25,264 nucleotides of DNA from Candidatus Galligastranaerophilus intestinigallinarum (GCA_018715855.1 DVKW01000109.1:1-25264); one strand, 5' to 3'; counted from the first letter of the stretch, positions 1 through 6,934 are shown. The notes: generated from the sequence alone by a model not told the origin. Numbers and translations are program-made.

Positions 1-80
1 CTATAAATTAGCCTCAAAGTTCCAACAACTCGGCAATTTAGACTCAAAATCCTTATCTCAAATGTCCTGATAAACTATAC

Positions 81-391
81 TTGGATCCTGACAGGAACTT
101 AATGAGGTTAAATATATTAATGGTAAAATTCGCGCCTTGGAGACTCTGCCGACTGAAAAAGTGACTAAATGTCACTTTTGAAGGAGAGGGCAAAAGCGAA
201 GCGATTGCACAAGGGCAGGAACTTAATGAGGTTAAATATATTAATGGTGAAAATTCGCGCCTTGGAGACTCGGCCGACTGAAAAAGTGACTAAATGTCAC
301 TTTTGAAGGAGAGGGCAAAAGCGAAGCGTTTGCATCCCGACAGGAACTTAATGAGGTTAAATATATTAATGGTGAAAATTCGCGCCTGGAG
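81..391. repeat. Tandem repeat downstream of tRNA-Arg: two full ~125-bp units (92-215, 216-340) plus a partial third (341-391) that runs into the tRNA 3' end
   Basis: CAGGAACTTAATGAGGTTAAATATATTAATGGT(G)AAAATTCGCGCCT starts at 92, 216 and 341 (periods 124 and 125). Units 1 and 2 differ by one indel, two substitutions and the last 6 nt. TTGGATCCTGA (81-91) resembles TTGCATCCCGA (330-340). Confidence 0.95.
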
Positions 392-454
392 GGATTCGAA
401 CCCCCGACCTTTTGGTTCGTAGCCAAACACTCTATCCAACTGAGCTACAGGCGC
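381..454 (-). tRNA. tRNA-Arg (anticodon ACG), CCA not encoded
   Basis: The reverse complement folds as GCGCCTG TA GCTC AGTTGGATA GAGT G TTTGG CT-ACG-AA CCAAA AGGTC GGGGG TTCGAAT CCCTC CAGGCGC G. Confidence 0.97.
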
Positions 455-698
455 AAATATTAAATTTTCAAATTTCCCATGTCAGTTGGATAGAGCTTGA
501 TTTTTCCTATTGTTTGAATTTTGTTTTCAACAAAATATCAAACGGCCAACTGAGCAAGAGAGCGCAAATATTAAATTTTCAAATTTCCCATGTCAGTTAT
601 TATAGAGTTGAATTTTTCCTATTGTTTGAATTTTGTTTTCAACAAAATATCAAACGGCCAACTGAGCTACAGGCGCATAAAAATATTTAATTTTCAAA
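436..698. repeat. Tandem repeat upstream of tRNA-Arg: ~110-112-bp units starting at 436, 546 and 658 (third partial), each containing the tRNA 5' end
   Basis: CCAACTGAGC..GCGC occurs at 436, 546 and 658. Positions 658-676 are an exact copy of the 19 tRNA 5'-terminal nt (GCGCCTGTAGCTCAGTTGG on the minus strand). The unit bodies 455-545 and 566-657 are nearly identical. Confidence 0.95.
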
Positions 699-730
699 CA
701 TTTTGCCAAATGCGACAAAACAACATAACT

Positions 731-758
731 ATTCTACCCAAAAAAGCTAAATAATCAA
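731..758 (-). promoter_or_regulatory. Putative sigma70-type promoter for the tRNA-Arg locus
   Basis: Minus strand TTGATT (753-758), 16-nt spacer, TAGAAT (731-736). It lies directly after the TPR gene stop codon. Motif match only. Confidence 0.5.
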
Positions 759-2444
759 CTAAAACCTTTTGTTATTTTTAATTATTGTTTCACTGCCTCT
801 TACAATAGAATTCCAAAATTCAGATTCATGGATATTTCCCGATTTTTCAGCGATATCTGCAGCAAACTTTTTGTAGTTCAAGTCGTTTGGTTCAATTTCA
901 ACAGCTTCTTTAATATACAACATGGCATCATTATAAAAACCAAGGCCAAAGTTGCTAACAGCTGCTTGAAAATAATATTTTGCAGGCTGCGGGTTTAGTT
1001 CAAGCGCCGTTGTAATTAAGCTAAGCGCTTTTTTGTATTCTTCTTTTTTATTTAAAATTAAACCTTTAAAATAATAGCTTTCGGCATTGTTTTTATCTAA
1101 TTCAATTAATTTATCCAAAGAATTAATTGCGCTATCATATTCTTTTTTTCTGTAAAAAATTCTTGCTTTTGAATTTAAAAAGCTTGCAATTTCACCGTAA
1201 GAAGAATATTTTTCAATCAATTCTTCCGCTTTTTCATACATTTCATTATCAATCAATAAATCAACATATTCTGAAACCGTATGAATGGAATCGGGGTAAT
1301 GTTCAAGGTGTTTTTCATAAAATTCCATTGCTTTTTTATCAAGTTTTAAATCTTTATAAATTGAACCCAAAGTATCAAGAAGTGTTAAATCATCTCTAAC
1401 TTTCGGGTTTTCATTATATATTTTTTCAAGTTTTTCTTTTGCAGATACAATTTCCCCCTTTTTATATTCAACAACTGCTCTTAAAATTTCTGCCTGAACC
1501 TTAAAGTTAGACATAGGGTCAATTAAAGTTAAATTAAAAAGTGCGTTATCATAATCTTTTTGTTTTTCAAAAACCCAAGCCAGCAAAAGATACCTTTTAT
1601 CAATTGCGCTTTTTGGTTCGTTTTGTTGAATGCAAAGCGTGATAGATTTTTTTAATGTAGCAATCGCTTCATCAAACCAGTTTACATCCATATAAGCTTT
1701 TGCAAGCTCCAAATAAAATTCTTGAAAAATTCCTTTGCTTAATTTAATTGCAAGGTGGAAATTATCAATTGCTGCAAAAAAATCCTTCCTTTTAACCTGC
1801 ATTAAAGCCTTATAATAATAGCTCATAGGGTCTTTTTTAATTTTTAAAATTTCATCCATTAATTTTTCGGAATTTTTATAATCGCCTTCGTTAAAATAAA
1901 TTAAAGCAAGGTCAAATTTTGCTTCACAAAATGTGGGCGACAATTCAACCACTTTTTTTAAAATTTCTTTTTTGTTTTTATCATCTAAAAGTGAAATTAT
2001 ATATAAAATATCAGGATCGCCTTTTAATTCATCATCAAGCCCTTCATATATTTTTAAAATTTCATTTGCCCTTCCCAATTTTAAAAGCACGCTGAAATAT
2101 TTAACAAAATCTAATGGTTTCTTTGAATGTTCGCAAATTTTTTGAATTAAATTAAGGGCTTTATTATATTCTTTTAAAAGAAAATGAATTTCATAGAGCT
2201 TGTTTTGGCTATGTTCGTGGTTTTTATCAATCTCTAAAACCTTTTCATATTGTTCACTTGCTCTTTCATAATTTTTCAATAAAAAATGCAAATCTGCGAT
2301 AGATGAAATAACTTCTACTGTTGTTTTCTCATCCACATCATCACTTAAAACTTTGTATAAAACCTCAATTGCTTCCTTATAGAGCTTTTGGTTTTTTAGT
2401 TCAAAAGATTGTTTAATATATTTTATGTAATCATTATTTTCCAT
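759..2444 (-). CDS. Tetratricopeptide-repeat (TPR) protein
   Basis: 561-aa ORF with many ~34-aa helical repeats, e.g. AESYYFKGLILNKKEEYKKALSLITTALELNP and AKYYFQAAVSNFGLGFYNDAMLYIKEAVEIEP. Confidence 0.85.
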   Translation of the reverse strand: MENNDYIKYIKQSFELKNQKLYKEAIEVLYKVLSDDVDEKTTVEVISSIADLHFLLKNYERASEQYEKVLEIDKNHEHSQNKLYEIHFLLKEYNKALNLIQKICEHSKKPLDFVKYFSVLLKLGRANEILKIYEGLDDELKGDPDILYIISLLDDKNKKEILKKVVELSPTFCEAKFDLALIYFNEGDYKNSEKLMDEILKIKKDPMSYYYKALMQVKRKDFFAAIDNFHLAIKLSKGIFQEFYLELAKAYMDVNWFDEAIATLKKSITLCIQQNEPKSAIDKRYLLLAWVFEKQKDYDNALFNLTLIDPMSNFKVQAEILRAVVEYKKGEIVSAKEKLEKIYNENPKVRDDLTLLDTLGSIYKDLKLDKKAMEFYEKHLEHYPDSIHTVSEYVDLLIDNEMYEKAEELIEKYSSYGEIASFLNSKARIFYRKKEYDSAINSLDKLIELDKNNAESYYFKGLILNKKEEYKKALSLITTALELNPQPAKYYFQAAVSNFGLGFYNDAMLYIKEAVEIEPNDLNYKKFAADIAEKSGNIHESEFWNSIVRGSETIIKNNKRF

Positions 2445-2547
2445 AAGTAAATTATATAATTTTTTAAAACATTTGTAAAAAAGTTAATATTCTTGCAAAA
2501 AAAGAAGCAAAATATTAATATATTTTTAACAATAAAAGGATTTAAAA

Positions 2548-3441
2548 ATGACCGAAAACGAAAAAGCACGCATACAAAGAGAAGTCAGCCTGCAAAATTT
2601 AAAAGGCAAACCAAAATTATCAAAAAAAACAGCAAACAGCTTTAATTTAGCAGCTTTTGCTTTCCCTGTAATATATAATTTTGTTTACAAAAGAAAAAAG
2701 CTTGCAATCACATTTTTAATTTTAACTTGGATACCCCACTTTATTAATCACTTTGTATCATCAGGGTTTTATTTAACACTTGTTATTACAATTTCAATAT
2801 TAACTTTATTATTAGCCTTTATTTCAGGCTTAACAGGCAATAAAGACGCCTACAATGCAAGAAATTATGACGATGAAATTGACTTTTTAAAAAGCCAAAA
2901 ATGCTGGCTGCCTTTTTCAATTGCAGCAATTGTTGTTCACATTTTAATATTTCCAATGCAAATTACAGGCCATACAAATACAATTCAAATGTTAAAATTA
3001 GCGGAAGCTAAGGAAACTTTAAAACAAGCCGTGGTAAATGGCGCTAATGATGGCAATTTGCTTGGTGTAAATACTGTTGAAAATGATATTCCCGCTTATT
3101 TTGCAAAATATTTAAAAAAAGGCAACTTTAACGGCACAGATACAATAACAATGCCAAACGGAACAACCTTTAAAATAGAAGGCTATTTATACGAATGCGG
3201 CTCTAAAAAACAAAATACATATTATGAACAAAAAACTTCTTGCGCAACCGTTACGATTGATTTAAACGGCAACAAAGGCCCAAATGAAGCAACTTCAATG
3301 GATGAACTTGAAAAAATCAGAAGCCTTGTAAATCGTTCAACAAAATTAAAAGATATATACACTCTCTACGTTTATAACGATGACCTTGCCGCAAAAGCAG
3401 GAACTGTTGAGCAATTTGCGCTTGAAAGATTTGAAAAATAG
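2548..3441 (+). CDS. Membrane protein: N-terminal multi-TM domain (FNxAAF, DUF2628-like) followed by a pilin-like globular domain
   Basis: 297-aa ORF with AAGGA RBS. It has hydrophobic segments at about aa 32-47, 52-95 and 120-137, then an amphipathic helix and a C-terminal C..C.TVTIDLNGNKGPN motif. Family assignments are from recalled motifs. Confidence 0.6.
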   Translation: MTENEKARIQREVSLQNLKGKPKLSKKTANSFNLAAFAFPVIYNFVYKRKKLAITFLILTWIPHFINHFVSSGFYLTLVITISILTLLLAFISGLTGNKDAYNARNYDDEIDFLKSQKCWLPFSIAAIVVHILIFPMQITGHTNTIQMLKLAEAKETLKQAVVNGANDGNLLGVNTVENDIPAYFAKYLKKGNFNGTDTITMPNGTTFKIEGYLYECGSKKQNTYYEQKTSCATVTIDLNGNKGPNEATSMDELEKIRSLVNRSTKLKDIYTLYVYNDDLAAKAGTVEQFALERFEK

Positions 3442-3456
3442 CAAATGAACTTTTTC

Positions 3457-3485
3457 ATGACAACAGAATTTTTTTATATTATTAT
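3457..3485 (+). promoter_or_regulatory. Putative promoter for tRNA-Thr and the kinase
   Basis: ATGACA (3457-3462), 17-nt spacer, TATTAT (3480-3485). Motif match only in AT-rich DNA. Confidence 0.35.
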
Positions 3486-3504
3486 GTAGTAAAGATGGTT
3501 ATTT

Positions 3505-3577
3505 GCCGATGTAGCTCAGTTGGTAGAGCAATCGATTCGTAATCGATAGGTCGTGCGTTCAAGTCGCATCATCGGCA
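3505..3577 (+). tRNA. tRNA-Thr (anticodon CGT)
   Basis: GCCGATG TA GCTC AGTTGGTA GAGC A ATCGA TT-CGT-AA TCGAT AGGTC GTGCG TTCAAGT CGCAT CATCGGC A forms a full cloverleaf. Confidence 0.97.
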
Positions 3578-3596
3578 AATTAAAGAATTTAGAATA

Positions 3597-5405
3597 ATGA
3601 AAAAAAAGTTTGAATTCAGTTTATCAACACAAAATAAACTAATAATTACGGGGTTAGTTGTTTCTACTGCAATTATTATGGCAGTTTCATATTTTGCAAT
3701 CGATAAAATAAGAGAAAAACTTTATGAAAACTATGCAAATTCAGGCCAGCTTTTAGGCAGAACAATTGCCATTCAAAGCTATGAATTAATGAAAAAATCT
3801 GATGTTCAATCTAAGAAAAATTTGTTCAGACAACACGCCAAGCTTGTTTTAGAGGGCAATTCGGATATTTCTTTTGTAACCCATAAAGATGCAAACAACA
3901 AAATAATATATTCAACAACGGAAGAATACCCAAAAAGAGAAAAAGACACCAAAACCACTCTAACAACGCCTGTTTTAAATGAAAAAGGAAACGTTGTGGG
4001 GTATGTTGAAATTGGGCTTAATGCAAACCTTGCAAAATCTATTTCAAATACAACAAAAAATTCAATGCTTGTTGTGTTTGCCATGATGTGGCTTATTTAT
4101 ACAATAGTAATTGTTCTAAACACCATTTTAATAAGGCGGGAATTAGCCATTTTGAGATTAGGGGTTAAAGAAATTTCAAGCGGAAATTTTGGAACAATTT
4201 TAGAAAACGAACAAACAACAGGTGAAATTAAAGAATTATTCACGGCCTTTAACGATATGAGCCAAAGGCTTCATTTATATGAAGAACAAAACATAGACCA
4301 ATTAACATTTGAGAGAAACAAATTTGAATCTGTTTTAATGGGCATTGCAAACGGGGTTGTCGTGTGCGATAAATTCGATAAAGTTGTTCTTGTAAACCCA
4401 TCTGCTCAAAAGCTTTTAAATAAAACCATTTTAAATTCTTCAATTTTAGATTTTGTTGATTCTAAGGGAATAAAATGCTTTAAAACAGGCATTGAAAAAT
4501 TTAAACAAACCCCGATAGATGAAGCGGAAAATAAGCCCCAATCTTTCACAATAACAATAGAAAAAAAAGTTATAAAAGCCATTGTTTCATCTATGTATTC
4601 AAATGTACATGATTATTTAGGCTATATCATAATCTTAATCGACATTACAAAAGATGCTGAAATTGACAAATTAAAAAGCGATTTTATATCAAATGTTTCC
4701 CACGAATTAAGAACGCCTGTTACAATTTTAAGAAGTTATGCAGATACTCTTTATAACTATGGCGAAGATTTCAGTTTTAAAGAACAAAAAGAATTTATCG
4801 GAATTATAAACGATGAAATTATTCACCTAAATAGAATGGTAAATGACATTCTTGATTTTTCAAAAATAGAAGCTGACACAAAACTTGAAAAACAATATCT
4901 GGATATTTCATCTACAATTGAAAAAACCCTTGTGGGGCTTAAAGTTTTAGCAGATGAAAAGAAAATGAAAATTTTTCTTACAAAACAAGACGAGCTCCCT
5001 TTAATTTTATACAACGAAGAAACAATTGAAAGAGTTATAAACAACCTCGTTACAAACGCAATTAAATATTCGCCCGAAAAATCAAAAATAGAAATAACCG
5101 TTGGGCTTACTGCAGACCATAATTATGTAAAAGTCAGCGTAAAAGACCATGGAATAGGAATTGCGCCTGAACTTTTGGATAGAATTTTTGACCGCTTTTA
5201 TAGAGTTGAAAACACAACCCACACAATAAAAGGAACGGGTTTAGGGCTTCATTTGGTTAAAACCGCAATAGAAAAACAGCACAACGGAAAAGTTTTTGTG
5301 GAATCAGAACCGAATAAAGGTTCAACTTTCAGCTTTATTTTGCCTTTACAAGAAGATTTTATTCCTGAAAATAAAAAAGCAGACTATAAGCCGGATTCTG
5401 TTTAA
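3597..5405 (+). CDS. Sensor histidine kinase (TM-periplasmic-TM-HAMP-PAS-HisKA-HATPase), NblS/Hik33-like
   Basis: H-box FISNVSHELRTP, N-box NNLVTNAIKYS, G1 DHGIGI, F-box FDRFYRVE and G2 GTGLGL. There are two TM segments, a HAMP (GEIKELFTAFNDM) and a PAS (GIANGVVVCD...VNPSA). The NblS-like call is from recalled similarity. Confidence 0.9.
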   Translation: MKKKFEFSLSTQNKLIITGLVVSTAIIMAVSYFAIDKIREKLYENYANSGQLLGRTIAIQSYELMKKSDVQSKKNLFRQHAKLVLEGNSDISFVTHKDANNKIIYSTTEEYPKREKDTKTTLTTPVLNEKGNVVGYVEIGLNANLAKSISNTTKNSMLVVFAMMWLIYTIVIVLNTILIRRELAILRLGVKEISSGNFGTILENEQTTGEIKELFTAFNDMSQRLHLYEEQNIDQLTFERNKFESVLMGIANGVVVCDKFDKVVLVNPSAQKLLNKTILNSSILDFVDSKGIKCFKTGIEKFKQTPIDEAENKPQSFTITIEKKVIKAIVSSMYSNVHDYLGYIIILIDITKDAEIDKLKSDFISNVSHELRTPVTILRSYADTLYNYGEDFSFKEQKEFIGIINDEIIHLNRMVNDILDFSKIEADTKLEKQYLDISSTIEKTLVGLKVLADEKKMKIFLTKQDELPLILYNEETIERVINNLVTNAIKYSPEKSKIEITVGLTADHNYVKVSVKDHGIGIAPELLDRIFDRFYRVENTTHTIKGTGLGLHLVKTAIEKQHNGKVFVESEPNKGSTFSFILPLQEDFIPENKKADYKPDSV

Positions 5406-5705
5406 GGTAATCATCTGTCTAATGCGTTTTTTCCTGCAATCTTTAAATAAAAGCGAAAAGTACAATTCTTCTTGCAGATTCAAACTTGCACCCGATTGGG
5501 GTTTACCATGACCTTGGTTTTCACAAACCAAGCGGTGGGCTTTTACCCCGCCGTTGCACCTGTACAAAATTAATTTTGTAGTCTACTTTTCTGTGGCACT
5601 TTCCTCACGCTCGCGCGCACTTGGCTTTCCCAAGCAATCTTGTACTTTGGGTGTCCGGACTTTCCTCATTGCATAAAAAATGCAACGCAATTACCCGTCT
5701 GCTTT
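5376..5705 (-). ncRNA. rnpB: RNase P RNA, bacterial type A (~330 nt)
   Basis: The minus strand has GAGGAAAGTCCGG, AGTGCCACAGAAA, GGTAAACCCC, AGACAGATGA and ACAGAATCCGGCTTA. P1 is AAAGCAGAC/GTCTGCTTT. The segment AGTGCGCGCGAGCGTGAGGA is cyanobacterial-like. Confidence 0.97.
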
Positions 5706-5742
5706 AAAATAAACTATATTTTAAATAACAAATTAATGCAAT

Positions 5743-6765
5743 CTATTTATTTTTTAATTTAAAAATACAAGCTGCCGTTTCTTTGTATGGAACAATTCCT
5801 TTTTTTCTTAATTTAAATTCAGAAACATTTTCAAAACCTGCATTTAAAATGTCAGTTTTCATTCTTTGCTGCTTGCCTCTTGGAATGCCCAATGCTGCAG
5901 AATATCTTGGGTTTACAAGTTTATTTTCAACAGAGCCGACAACCACATAAACATCTTTATTTTTGCCTTTGTTTTCATCCGCTATTTTTTTGAATAAATT
6001 AACATATTCATCAGGGTTAATTTCTGCAAGATAAGCGGCAGAATTTGCAACAACATAAACTTCTTGTTCGGCTCCTTCCGTTGAAGTTAAATAATCTCTC
6101 ATATCACCTGTTTCAAAAGCTATTTCAGGAAGGCCTTCTTGGTTTATTTCATACCAATTAAGCCCGTTACCAATGGTTTTACCGACAACAGGGTCATTTT
6201 CCATATAAACTAAAAACGGGTATTTTTTTGCAAGCTGAATGAAATTATCCGGCCTTGTTGTTTTTTTCAAATGTCTGTTCCAGCCGCTTCCTGATATGGG
6301 GCTTTTTCCAAGCTCTTTTTCATAATCCGAAGCATATTTTTTTTCAATATCGGAGCATACAATTTTGCCTGTTTTTGCTAATTCAACCAATGGCTTTTGC
6401 AAGTCTACTCCTTTTATTTTAACGTTTTCTTTTGCTTTATCTCCCATTGCTTCTTTTAAAGTGATTGCATAAGCAAAGGCTTCAGAACCATCTGAAGAAC
6501 CTAAAACATTAATTTGCGTTTTTTTATTCGGGTCTAAAAGTTTAGAAACTGCAAGTTCGCTTGGCAATTCTCTAAAAATTCTTGTAGAACTTGATTTTAA
6601 GGTGGAAAAATTCGGATGTGTCATTGTATAAATTGCATAAGCTCTTTCTGTTTCGGGTTTTGCATCTGCAAAAATACTTGTAAAAGTCGGTTGATTTTTT
6701 GTTTTCGGTTTGCAATTAAAATTGTTGTTTAAATTGTTGTTAAAGCTTATCGGTGATACTCTCAT
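5743..6765 (-). CDS. CheR-like SAM-dependent methyltransferase domain with an Asn-rich N-terminal leader
   Basis: STRIFRE (R65), INVLGSSDGSEAFAYAI (E95) and IKGVDL...ELAKTG (D121) parallel the CheR motifs T.FFRE, W.AG/ACSTGEEPYS and ATDI...L..A..G with similar spacing. Confidence 0.55.
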   Translation of the reverse strand: MRVSPISFNNNLNNNFNCKPKTKNQPTFTSIFADAKPETERAYAIYTMTHPNFSTLKSSSTRIFRELPSELAVSKLLDPNKKTQINVLGSSDGSEAFAYAITLKEAMGDKAKENVKIKGVDLQKPLVELAKTGKIVCSDIEKKYASDYEKELGKSPISGSGWNRHLKKTTRPDNFIQLAKKYPFLVYMENDPVVGKTIGNGLNWYEINQEGLPEIAFETGDMRDYLTSTEGAEQEVYVVANSAAYLAEINPDEYVNLFKKIADENKGKNKDVYVVVGSVENKLVNPRYSAALGIPRGKQQRMKTDILNAGFENVSEFKLRKKGIVPYKETAACIFKLKNK

Positions 6766-6855
6766 AATCGTTAATCCTTAAAAAATAGTGTGCGCAAAAT
6801 GTATAAAACACAAAAATAAAATATTTTGCAAAAAAAATGTTAAGTTATAAGAAAG

Positions 6856-6898
6856 AATAAGCCTTATTTTTACAAAAGGCTTATTTTTGTGCTAAGAT
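6856..6898 (+). promoter_or_regulatory. Putative promoter of the NfnA-like gene with a 10-bp inverted repeat around the -35 region
   Basis: AATAAGCCTT (6856-6865) and AAGGCTTATT (6876-6885) flank TTTACA (6869-6874). An extended -10, TGcTAAGAT, lies at 6890-6898. Confidence 0.4.
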
Positions 6899-6934
6899 AT
6901 CGATTGAAAATGTATAGAGATAGGAGTTAAAAAA

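Noticed and set aside
92-387. CRISPR array
   Set aside because: The sequences between the conserved ~47-nt blocks are near-identical to each other rather than unique spacers, and no cas genes are in the window.
241-690. ORF-track ORFs 241-426 (-) and 412-690 (+)
   Set aside because: They are translations of the tRNA-Arg gene and its repeats, with no RBS and no protein-like features.
1-760. Prophage or genomic island attachment site at tRNA-Arg
   Set aside because: No integrase or cargo lies between the duplicated tRNA fragments. Sequence left of position 1 is not visible, so an adjacent element cannot be excluded.
2484-2518. Imperfect inverted repeat in the TPR/membrane-protein divergent region
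   Set aside because: It is almost entirely A/T with a bulge, so it is plausible by chance in this composition.
5296-5567. ORFs 5296-5511 (+) and 5346-5567 (-)
   Set aside because: They are shadows of the kinase end and the RNase P RNA gene.
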